From a virus (lineage: Duplodnaviria > Caudoviricetes), in IMG/VR virus record IMGVR_UViG_3300009079_000055, positions 1 through 35,735 of that record: a stretch of 35,735 nt of DNA; one strand, 5' to 3'. Under the pieces are notes generated by a model. It was not told the origin of the DNA. It worked only from the letters and a program-made list of their open reading frames with translations, and did not search any database. This document shows, in pieces, positions 7,508 through 15,887 of the stretch. Made by a program: the position numbers and the translations under genes. Each line of letters opens with the position of its first letter. The stretch's first letter is position 1.

Positions 7508-9163
7508 TTACAACTTTCTTTTCCAATTAAAGTCATCCCAAGGATATCTCTTGGTTCTGTCCTCAAACCACACGTTTCCAAACTCATCCACCTCATAATC
7601 CGGATGGTCAACACCGTTATCTATGATAGGTAAAGGTGTCAAATCCGTATCCATAATGTTCAATTGTTCTTGTTGGAGCGTAACTCTTATATCATTGTTT
7701 ATGTTTTCTTTAAAATATCTTTGGGCTGTCAACCATCCAAAATGAACTAAAGTCATTACAAGATCGTCGTTATTACCCTCTTCAGCCTTAAATGTCTGCT
7801 TATCAGCCGAAAATGTAGTCAATTCTGTTATAGTTTCAGCATCATTTATGATCAGCTTATCGCTTTCAATAAGCGTTTTTAGATTGGTACAACCGATCAT
7901 TTTTGTCTGCTTGGAAGTTTTTAAACCGTAAGCAATTCTCTTTTTGAAGCCCGGAGTCTGCATTTGCCCCTGCTTACCTTTCATCTCAATCTTGATAAGG
8001 TTTTCGTAAGCAAGTTCAAAGTGTATGATATCCGATACTTGAAGCCCAATACTATTAATTTCCACAAGTACAAACGCATCATTATATAGCTGGGCTGTCT
8101 GGACAATGATTGTAGGGAATAGCATAGGCGATATCTTATTGTTTCTATACTTAGCTACCTGTCTATAAGGTATCTCGGTAACATCAAAGATTGAGAAGGT
8201 AGAGTAGTCCAACCCTTGCCCTTCAGCCACATCCACGCACATTGTATAGGTTCTACCTGGTTGAGGTTCTTTGTAGATATCAAAGTGCCCTTCGGATCTA
8301 ACAGGATTGTGCCAGACAAGAGAGCGGAGCTTTGCTGGATGGATAAGAGTATTGGTAGAACCAATGAATTCACACTCAAACTCTTGGCGGAACTGGTCAG
8401 GGCTGGTGTTACGGATTGTCTGCTCTTTCCAAGCTTCATCACGGCCAGGTACCATGCTCCAGTGAATTTCAATAGGAACATAGTCGCTGCGCTTTTCAAT
8501 TGCTTCTGTCCACATACGGTAGAACTGATTCAATCCATTAGGCGTAGACACGATGATGACCTTGGTGCTTTGACCAGAAGAAATCGTAGGATAGGTAGAC
8601 ATAAAGAACGCTTCGGCAATATTGTTTGGAACGAACGCGAACTCGTCCAAAAACACGATGTTGAACGAACGACCACGAACTGAGCTACCTGAGGTAGAAT
8701 CTGCCATGATGCGTGAGCCGTTGGCCAGTTCAATAGAACCTTTGTTCCATTCTTTCACACCTTGCTGTAGAAATCTAGGTAGATATTCAAAAGAGAGTTG
8801 AAGACGACCTAAGATTTCTCGGGCCATGGCTGACTTGTTAGCTAGAACAGCCACATTAACATTTTCATTGAACAGGATATAGTGTAGTAAATAAGCAACA
8901 GATGTAGTTGTCTTACCAACCTGACGCGGAAGTTTACAGATAGAGAAGCGATTGGTATGAAACTTCATAAGCATATCTTGCTGGAAATCCCACATACTGA
9001 ATGGCATTAGACCATGATCAACATTGATGATTTTCATATAGGTCATGGCAAAGTATACGGGATCATTCGCACACTTTATGAACTCATCCATTTCTTTTTG
9101 AGTAAAAGCATGTCTAAAATCTTCGCGCGGAAGATTTGGGTTATTGTTATACCCTTTGGTCAC
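7508..9163 (-). CDS. gp17: Terminase large subunit
   Basis: Walker A PRQVGKTT, Walker B IVFLDEFAF, VSTPNG coupling motif, RNase H-like VDVAEG and NDDLVM. Confidence 0.98.
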   Translation of the reverse strand: MTKGYNNNPNLPREDFRHAFTQKEMDEFIKCANDPVYFAMTYMKIINVDHGLMPFSMWDFQQDMLMKFHTNRFSICKLPRQVGKTTTSVAYLLHYILFNENVNVAVLANKSAMAREILGRLQLSFEYLPRFLQQGVKEWNKGSIELANGSRIMADSTSGSSVRGRSFNIVFLDEFAFVPNNIAEAFFMSTYPTISSGQSTKVIIVSTPNGLNQFYRMWTEAIEKRSDYVPIEIHWSMVPGRDEAWKEQTIRNTSPDQFRQEFECEFIGSTNTLIHPAKLRSLVWHNPVRSEGHFDIYKEPQPGRTYTMCVDVAEGQGLDYSTFSIFDVTEIPYRQVAKYRNNKISPMLFPTIIVQTAQLYNDAFVLVEINSIGLQVSDIIHFELAYENLIKIEMKGKQGQMQTPGFKKRIAYGLKTSKQTKMIGCTNLKTLIESDKLIINDAETITELTTFSADKQTFKAEEGNNDDLVMTLVHFGWLTAQRYFKENINNDIRVTLQQEQLNIMDTDLTPLPIIDNGVDHPDYEVDEFGNVWFEDRTKRYPWDDFNWKRKL

Positions 9164-9573
9164 TCTGGCTTATTCTCTTTTATTTTCTTTAGTAGATCGG
9201 CAGTAGTGCCTACAAAAATGGCCTTTTCTACATTAACCGCAGTTTCTTCTTTCTTATCGCCTCTTAGATCCTTAGTCTTCTTCTGTAGATCGTAAAGGTC
9301 TTTGGTAGTGTCAGCAACGGTTCTCATCATGGTAGCCAGCACCTCATACGCGCGTGGAGATTCCGATTCTTTTGCAAGATCGGTCAAACTTTCCATTGCG
9401 GAGTTGCCTTTGTTGATAAGGTCGCGGAATGTTCTGCGCGAGAGATTATAGTCAGCCTTGATATCATCATCTTCATGTGGAGTATTGATGATAGGTTCTG
9501 GTGCTTTTGGCGGTATAATCTCTACTGCGTTTTCAATACCAAGTGCTTCGCTTAATACATCATTATTCTTCAT
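9160..9573 (-). CDS. gp16: Terminase small subunit
   Basis: ESESPRAYEVLA and FVGTTADL motifs; directly upstream of gp17 with ATGA overlap. Confidence 0.93.
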   Translation of the reverse strand: MKNNDVLSEALGIENAVEIIPPKAPEPIINTPHEDDDIKADYNLSRRTFRDLINKGNSAMESLTDLAKESESPRAYEVLATMMRTVADTTKDLYDLQKKTKDLRGDKKEETAVNVEKAIFVGTTADLLKKIKENKPE

Positions 9574-10583
9574 TCTGTTTCAGGCCACTCTGTTATAGTT
9601 ATATCGTATCCAAAATCGTCTGTTGGCTCAGCATCAATTGGATCTGGTTCAATCTTGATTTCTACCAATTTGAGAGGGTTTACTTCGAAACTGGATATTG
9701 TGCTAACAGCATTTGTTGATACGCCTCTGATTGTATTTTGAATATTAAATTGCCCTTGTGCGCCACCCAATACCAGTTTTAAGTTGTTTCTATCCCATTC
9801 CAAAACATATCCGTAAGCGTTTGCTGTATTGTAATTTGAACCCTGATAAACAACATCATCAAGTTTAAAATTGCCGTTTCCAGCAGGTCGTGTGACATTA
9901 AGTCTAACGATATTACCGGCCTTCAAACTCTCATCATTATAGATGTTGGCAAATACCTTGCGAATAATCTTTGGTAACTGAACTGGACCATAGTAATTTA
10001 CTTTCATGGTAAAGTTTAGAGTCCATGAAACATAACGAACAGCATCAAAGTTTCCTTCGTGTTCAATTATGTTTGAAACGCTGTTAAGAATGATAGGAAC
10101 ATCTTTCTTGAATCCTAACGCTGGAATAGTCTCAACTGTAACTGTATAGTCAGGATTAAAGTATGGTATAATCTGCTCTATGATATGTGTTCCATCGTCT
10201 ACATTTCTTGCGTAAATCTGTAGATCAAAAGACAAGTCATATGGCACACCCATATACTGTGTGGCGCCTCTTGTAGCAGTATTAGCAGCAACGCCTGATC
10301 TTAGTAGAGAGTTCTGTTTTCTAGATGCATCATATGCAAAGTTAGTTAACTCAAAAGACATACGAGGCAGAATGACCTGGACTGGTCTTTCCAAATCTGG
10401 ATCTGCTCTTAGACGAGCATAGTACTTTTCTTTTGGAGCATAAACAATAGGAACTTTGAATCTTTCTATCTCAACTCCACTATTTTTGTTCACTCTTTTG
10501 ATAGTAATGTTGTTAAACATATTACCAAAAAGGATAACATACTTTCGTGTTAATTGATGATAGAAGTATGCATTACTTAACAT
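9570..10583 (-). CDS. gp15: Tail sheath stabiliser/terminator protein
   Basis: YFYH..RKYVILFGNMFNNI, VPIVYAPKEK, LPRMSFE, EQIIPYFNP motifs. Confidence 0.95.
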   Translation of the reverse strand: MLSNAYFYHQLTRKYVILFGNMFNNITIKRVNKNSGVEIERFKVPIVYAPKEKYYARLRADPDLERPVQVILPRMSFELTNFAYDASRKQNSLLRSGVAANTATRGATQYMGVPYDLSFDLQIYARNVDDGTHIIEQIIPYFNPDYTVTVETIPALGFKKDVPIILNSVSNIIEHEGNFDAVRYVSWTLNFTMKVNYYGPVQLPKIIRKVFANIYNDESLKAGNIVRLNVTRPAGNGNFKLDDVVYQGSNYNTANAYGYVLEWDRNNLKLVLGGAQGQFNIQNTIRGVSTNAVSTISSFEVNPLKLVEIKIEPDPIDAEPTDDFGYDITITEWPETE

Positions 10584-11455
10584 TACGGTACTCCAAATGG
10601 ATTGATTTCAGACAAGTCAATAAATGTATCAGCTTCGGTCTGAATGATACGGTTATCGGAATCATCAGAATCCACTAAGTCGGCAAGAGTATCGGATGAA
10701 GTTAAGTTGTAACGAGTATTAGATTGAGTGCCTATTACAATACTATTTGCCGCAAAATCACCTTTGACATTAATGACTTCAAGAACTTTTGTTTCTGGAA
10801 TCCAATGTTTAGATTCTGCTTTTGCTGTTGCATAAGCAAGATTTGCTCCTTGATATACAACCTCATCTTGATGATAATTGCCTGATCCATTGCCTAAGGT
10901 CAAACTAACAGTATATGCTGCTGCATGTTCAAGATCATCGATTTCTTCATTGCCAGTCTCAAAATCTTCATTGCTAAAGCGGAATACTTCGCAACGCAAT
11001 TCGTATATGTAAGGTGATCTTTTACCTAGTGAGAAGAATAGGAGTTCTTCTTCAACGAACTTTATTTCAAAAATCTTTCCTAGTAGAGGAACAAAGATCA
11101 AATCGCCTTCGCGTGGTCTTGATGCTATTGTAGATGGCACATATTTTTCAAATGATCTGCGTGAAACAACAAAGTTGGAAGTATCACGAATTTCCAATCC
11201 AAACTTAGAGAAGAAATCTCCGTCGCCTTCATAACCTTCAACGTTGGCCAGATACATTTCAACACCGTACGCGCGTGTGAACTTAGAGTTAACGCTTTCA
11301 CCAAGAACATCATCCGCTTGATCATACACTTCTCTTGGAAGATATTTAACATCATGCCCCATGATCTGAATTGATTCCACAATCAAGTCTTCAAGAAGCA
11401 TATTCTCATTGATAACAGATGGAGAAAAATTGTTGAAATATACTGAGGTTGCCAT
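10583..11455 (-). CDS. gp14: Neck (head closure) protein
   Basis: ESIQIMGHDVKYLPR, FFSKFGLEIRD, RPREGDLIF, terminal SEINPFG. Confidence 0.95.
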   Translation of the reverse strand: MATSVYFNNFSPSVINENMLLEDLIVESIQIMGHDVKYLPREVYDQADDVLGESVNSKFTRAYGVEMYLANVEGYEGDGDFFSKFGLEIRDTSNFVVSRRSFEKYVPSTIASRPREGDLIFVPLLGKIFEIKFVEEELLFFSLGKRSPYIYELRCEVFRFSNEDFETGNEEIDDLEHAAAYTVSLTLGNGSGNYHQDEVVYQGANLAYATAKAESKHWIPETKVLEVINVKGDFAANSIVIGTQSNTRYNLTSSDTLADLVDSDDSDNRIIQTEADTFIDLSEINPFGVP

Positions 11456-11458
11456 TGA

Positions 11459-12199
11459 TTACCCCATTATAAACTGAGGTGGTTCTTCGTAGGTATCGCG
11501 GATCAACTGTTCAATCTCAGTTATTTCTGTTGTAGCTTCATCATAGATTTGTTGGCCGTTCATAGTAACACCACCTGGAAGCTGCATTCCAGCAAACTTC
11601 TTCATGTTATTACCCCAAACGCGCTTAATGTAGGCTGTTGTTAGGCGCTTAAGCATACGATCATTCCAAATATCGGTATATGTTGATGGATCAATTACAA
11701 CAAATCCTTCAACAATTAACCATTCTCCTGGTTGACTCATTGCCCAGTTCATATCAAGATATAGTTTATCTGTATGGCGATTGAAACGAATTGGTTGTTC
11801 ACCAGAAAACATCATATCAAGTGTTCTAATGTGTTGCATAGTAAGGACATAATTTACATATGATGTGCTGGTAAAATCATAGAGTTCATGAAGACGCAAC
11901 TGGTATCTCAAGTCGAACATATTGACAGATGCGTTTGTAGATGAAATTGGAAATATTCTTGTTACGCCGATGATATTTTCGGTTATTGGAATATATTGAT
12001 TTGCAATATCTTCAGAAGTAATTTCATGCTTTAGATACCAACGCTCAACTCCATCAAAGTGAAAGTCCTGAAAGTATTGTAAAGAAGCATCCACACAGTC
12101 ATCTACCTGGTCATCATCCACATTGATATTAATAACTGGATGGCCTAACTGTCTAAGGCACCAATCTTTGTGCTGTTCTCTATTTGATGGAATTGCCAT
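11459..12199 (-). CDS. gp13: Neck (head-tail adaptor) protein
   Basis: LRQLGHPVININV..DQV.DC, WGNNMKKF.GMQLPGGVTMNG motifs. Confidence 0.96.
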   Translation of the reverse strand: MAIPSNREQHKDWCLRQLGHPVININVDDDQVDDCVDASLQYFQDFHFDGVERWYLKHEITSEDIANQYIPITENIIGVTRIFPISSTNASVNMFDLRYQLRLHELYDFTSTSYVNYVLTMQHIRTLDMMFSGEQPIRFNRHTDKLYLDMNWAMSQPGEWLIVEGFVVIDPSTYTDIWNDRMLKRLTTAYIKRVWGNNMKKFAGMQLPGGVTMNGQQIYDEATTEITEIEQLIRDTYEEPPQFIMG

Positions 12200-12226
12200 T
12201 ATTTACCTTTATACTATATTTTTAAA

Positions 12227-12234
12227 TATTTATA
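12227..12234 (-). promoter_or_regulatory. Late promoter TATAAATA for gp13
   Basis: Exact T4 late consensus in the intergenic region 28 nt upstream of gp13. Confidence 0.8.
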
Positions 12235-12261
12235 TGATCGGCATTTTGGTATTTTTATCTA

Positions 12262-12705
12262 CTATCCTAATACGAGTTCGGGCCAAACAATATTATACGG
12301 ATCAGTCTGTAGTGTAATATCTCTTAGTGCTTGTGCATATGTATCAAGATTTGCAATGTTGTCTGTTGGTGTGATGCCAAGTCTTGTTTGCGATTGATAA
12401 CGATGAAATTTCCAATCAAGCTGCGAAAGTATATAATCGCGTTGCGCTCTTATTTCGTGCCATTTGTGTTGCACTTCGTTATCAAGCTCTTGTTCAGTCT
12501 TATCTCTTACATTCCATTCGCTGCCTGCCCATTCAAGAATTTGAGTATCTGGAATAGATGCTGGCGGATCATCGACTGTGATATATCCAGCGTCAGCAAT
12601 CTCTTCAGGAGTAAAGCTTGATGGATCTGTGCGAGTCAGTCCGTTAGATAGTTTAATACGAAATGGAAGATAATTTGGATACGATCCGTCTTTACTGTAT
12701 AACAT
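12262..12705 (-). CDS. Tail fibre assembly chaperone-like protein
   Basis: C-terminal W..IR.QRD..L...DW...Y.QALRDIT.Q..P.NIVWP pattern typical of phage tail assembly chaperones; probable start is ATG 12705 (MLYSK), 5 nt after the upstream stop, rather than 12726. Confidence 0.75.
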   Translation of the reverse strand: MLYSKDGSYPNYLPFRIKLSNGLTRTDPSSFTPEEIADAGYITVDDPPASIPDTQILEWAGSEWNVRDKTEQELDNEVQHKWHEIRAQRDYILSQLDWKFHRYQSQTRLGITPTDNIANLDTYAQALRDITLQTDPYNIVWPELVLG

Positions 12706-12709
12706 TTTT

Positions 12710-13426
12710 TTATCCTGTAATGTCAAGGTATACGTATAGTTCGCCAGTTGATGCTCCGGCTCTTGCTTCGTAAAATGTAAAAGTTGGAGATGCGCCTAGA
12801 GAAACGGCAGGACTTCTTAACCAAAAATTATAATCATTTGTTGTTGTGGTACCAGTTGTTTCTGCATAGACATAATAAGTACCGCCCGCTGCATCTGTTC
12901 TAGCCGCATTTGTTGTAGGTGTACCGCCCGTATCAACATTCCATCTGCCGTTTGTTGTAGCAACCGAAACTGCTGTCCATGTTGCAGATGAATAATTAGT
13001 TATATTTGTTGTTGTCGTTTCGAACGACTCGCCAACATTTTCAAAGCTATATGTAGTTCCTGACAAAACAATCAAATCTAACTGAAGATCAGCAACTTCA
13101 CTTTCGCTTTTATTTATGTATCGGAAAACGGCTCTGGCTGTCTTGTTAGCATATTTAGAAATATTGATTGTTCTCTGAGTCCAAGCATTATTTTGCCCTT
13201 TGACTGTAAAAAATTCAGGTGTTAAACCAGAAGTAACAGTTTTGTTTACAGATTTAGGAAATTGATTTGTAGAACTAAGAGACCATACACCTTTGCCCGA
13301 AGTATAATCAAAATTGTTTGGCGTAATAGCGCCGTCAGCTTGAAGCGCAGACTCAGATTTTAATGTGTTAAAATCGTAAAGAAGTTTTTTTCTACCGCCT
13401 GTGTAACCACCGTAACGACCTGACAT
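12710..13426 (-). CDS. Putative receptor-binding/adhesin protein with MAM-like beta-sandwich (238 aa)
   Basis: W...GGTPT....D..GGTYYVYAET...LRSP...TFY....G...G.LYVY resembles the MAM N-half; GQNNAW..TINI...VFRY...DLQLD.I.L resembles the MAM C-half. Confidence 0.65.
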   Translation of the reverse strand: MSGRYGGYTGGRKKLLYDFNTLKSESALQADGAITPNNFDYTSGKGVWSLSSTNQFPKSVNKTVTSGLTPEFFTVKGQNNAWTQRTINISKYANKTARAVFRYINKSESEVADLQLDLIVLSGTTYSFENVGESFETTTTNITNYSSATWTAVSVATTNGRWNVDTGGTPTTNAARTDAAGGTYYVYAETTGTTTTNDYNFWLRSPAVSLGASPTFTFYEARAGASTGELYVYLDITG

Positions 13427-15090
13427 TAGAATCTATCCTCCAAACTACCTATTGGATATGTTCTACCCGGGCCCCAAACAATACGAACAACACCTTGCCC
13501 GCCGTTGCCTCCAGATCCATTGGTGTCATCATCACAAGCACCGCCACCACCGCCATAGTTGCCACCATTTGGTCTTGTTCCGGCATTACCACCGATGCCG
13601 GCACCACCGCCTGTAGGACCATTGAATGGGCCGCCTGCGCCACCAAAACCTTGACCGAATACTCCTGTACCGCCGCCGCCATAACCTTGACCAGAGTTAG
13701 TAGCACCGCCACCACCTCCACCGTCACCCGGACTGCTTGAACCAGCTCCCGTAGTACCGCCAGCACCGCCGTTACCTGAATAACCACCAGCACCACCACC
13801 ACCTGAACCAGTGTCGTTTGAGTTGCCACCGCTATTACCACCGGCGCCACCACCAAGACGTTTTGTGCCTGTTGATGTTCCGCCTGTTACTGTACCAGTA
13901 CTTCTTTCTTGCCCTGCACCACCACCGCCACCTTGTAGAAGTACTTCTACTCCTCTTGAAATTGATGAAGCGCCGCCTGCTGTGCCGCTGCTCTGCGTAG
14001 CACCTCCATTACCACCAGCACCAACGACAATTGTTAGAACTTCTCCCGGAGTCACATCAATTGTTCCATATGATAAACCACCGCCGCCACCACCCGATAC
14101 ACCTTGATCTCTACCGGTTTCACCGCCGCCACCTCCTCCACCACCACCGATACACACAGCAGATATAGTAGTAATGCCTACAGGTACAGTCCAGTTCTGT
14201 GTGCCTGTTGTCGTGAATAGTACCTGACCTGGTGGAGTATATTGGGAAAATGAGTAATCATAAGCAGCCTCTAGATTCCAAACACCACTATTTTTTCTGT
14301 TTCCATATATAGGAATTGTTAGAGTTCTTGGTCTCAAAGCAATAGTAGCAGCAGCATATGAATAGTTTACGCTGTCCGTGCCACTAAAAGTCCATGCAGC
14401 AGGATCATACGAACCACTTGTCCATGCTACGTTTCCAACACCTAATGTAGTATCAACGTTATCAGCACTTCCCACTGTTATAAAATTACTCAAATAAGAA
14501 GCAGTAAACGTAGGAGTACCTTCTAGATGTGCAGAAGCAGCAACAACAACAATTTGAGTATTAGCAGTTACAGGTGTTATTGCTGATGGATTGGGAATAG
14601 CAGTATTTAAACCTTGAGTAACAGTTCTAGTTACATCTAAAGGTGTTGTTAGATCAGCGTTTCTCCAGACATGAATAGCATATGCACCTGCATGTTGGGT
14701 ATTGCCTGTTTGAGGACGAGTAAAATTTGTATCAGGAGTTGTTCCCATAAACTTATAGCCGACAAACAAATCTGCTGATTGACTATCTGGTGCATATAAT
14801 TCTGCAATTGATGTATATCCTGTAACAGCCAATGATTGATTAAGATTGCTATTAGCACCGACCGATACAGCAACAAGCACAAGGTCATTGGCCAAAGGTG
14901 TTGTGCCAGCACCACCAGTTAAGTTAAATGTAATTGTGCTTGTTGCTGTTGTACCTTGATAAGCGGCAATTTGACCACCTACATATACTAGCGTGTCTTC
15001 GTCATTATAGGTACTAAGAATATAATTATTAGCGTCTCCATAATCAAGTGTAACGCCAATCATACCACCATTAAGAAAACGACTTTCCAT
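13426..15090 (-). CDS. Two-domain adhesin-like virion protein with C-terminal glycine-rich domain (554 aa)
   Basis: Thr/Ala-rich beta domain, SGVWNL linker, then FTTTG..WTVP.G...ISAVCIGGGGGG ... GGQGVVRIVWG glycine-rich domain. Confidence 0.7.
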   Translation of the reverse strand: MESRFLNGGMIGVTLDYGDANNYILSTYNDEDTLVYVGGQIAAYQGTTATSTITFNLTGGAGTTPLANDLVLVAVSVGANSNLNQSLAVTGYTSIAELYAPDSQSADLFVGYKFMGTTPDTNFTRPQTGNTQHAGAYAIHVWRNADLTTPLDVTRTVTQGLNTAIPNPSAITPVTANTQIVVVAASAHLEGTPTFTASYLSNFITVGSADNVDTTLGVGNVAWTSGSYDPAAWTFSGTDSVNYSYAAATIALRPRTLTIPIYGNRKNSGVWNLEAAYDYSFSQYTPPGQVLFTTTGTQNWTVPVGITTISAVCIGGGGGGGGGETGRDQGVSGGGGGGLSYGTIDVTPGEVLTIVVGAGGNGGATQSSGTAGGASSISRGVEVLLQGGGGGAGQERSTGTVTGGTSTGTKRLGGGAGGNSGGNSNDTGSGGGGAGGYSGNGGAGGTTGAGSSSPGDGGGGGGATNSGQGYGGGGTGVFGQGFGGAGGPFNGPTGGGAGIGGNAGTRPNGGNYGGGGGACDDDTNGSGGNGGQGVVRIVWGPGRTYPIGSLEDRF

Positions 15091-15093
15091 GTC

Positions 15094-15453
15094 TTATGCT
15101 ATATTCTCAAACGAACAAATTGCTTCTAGATCATTATTTGCCGATGCTGCACATCTTAAAGCATCTCCTTCTTGAAGGTATATTGAATTTTCTTTTGAAA
15201 TAACTACAAGAGATGCATCCGCAGGAACGGTAATTGTGCTTGCCAGTCTGTATGCTATCGATGATCGGAATAAATCAACGGTAACATCAGCCGCATTCAC
15301 ACCATCGACGTTTGCGATAATCAAAGAATTAATTCTATAAACTCTACCAGAAGCAGCAGCATTTGACACAACACTGGTTAATACAGTGGTTACGTTTTGA
15401 ACTGCCGTATTGCCACTAATTACTGTTGTATTAAAAATATTTGGATCTGCCAT
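15094..15453 (-). CDS. Small beta-sandwich virion/fibre adaptor protein (119 aa)
   Basis: MADPNI...NSLIIANVDG.NAADVTV...TITVPADASLVV...IYLQEGD pattern recalled from phage fibre clusters. Confidence 0.65.
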   Translation of the reverse strand: MADPNIFNTTVISGNTAVQNVTTVLTSVVSNAAASGRVYRINSLIIANVDGVNAADVTVDLFRSSIAYRLASTITVPADASLVVISKENSIYLQEGDALRCAASANNDLEAICSFENIA

Positions 15454-15467
15454 TTTTTTTCCTTACT

Positions 15468-15875
15468 CTATCTACCAAAAATCATTGAAGTTATTATGGA
15501 TTTGCCACTAATTGATGTTCCATTTACAAGATAAGCAGAAGCATTAACAGTACCAGTAACAGCAACATTGCCTGTACTTGCCACTCTAAATTTTTCACTT
15601 GCGGTTGCACCGTTTTGCATCAACTTCACAACAAAATCGAAGTCTTCGCTACCGGCTGTTACATCAGTTGTAACAGTTTCGAGTCTCATTCCTGTTTCTG
15701 TATTGTTGTTAGTAGTCTCAACTTGATAGTCAAGACCAGCACCAATACCTACACCAGGTGTTAGAGTTGTATTGTGTACAACAGCACCAGGATAAGTTAT
15801 ACCAGTATTATTGGTATCGTTAGCACTAAAAGTACTAAATGATGTATTTAAAAAATCGCTGAGTCTTACAACCAT
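15468..15875 (-). CDS. Short fibre-like hypothetical protein (135 aa)
   Basis: EKFRVASTGNV beta-repeat typical of fibres; hydrophobic C-terminus SIITSMIFG. Confidence 0.6.
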   Translation of the reverse strand: MVVRLSDFLNTSFSTFSANDTNNTGITYPGAVVHNTTLTPGVGIGAGLDYQVETTNNNTETGMRLETVTTDVTAGSEDFDFVVKLMQNGATASEKFRVASTGNVAVTGTVNASAYLVNGTSISGKSIITSMIFGR

Positions 15876-15887
15876 CTGTTATTTCCT

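Noticed and set aside
7508-9163. Intein or intron in the terminase, a frequent insertion target
   Set aside because: The ORF is continuous, of ordinary length, with normally spaced motifs
13111-13118. Intragenic CATAAATA (and GATAAATA at 26485)
   Set aside because: 13111 is far from any start codon and plausible by chance in AT-rich DNA; 26485 is possible but unsupported
13449-14107. Overlapping ORFs in the glycine-rich regions (also 24007..24372)
   Set aside because: Frame shadows of GGN-rich codons
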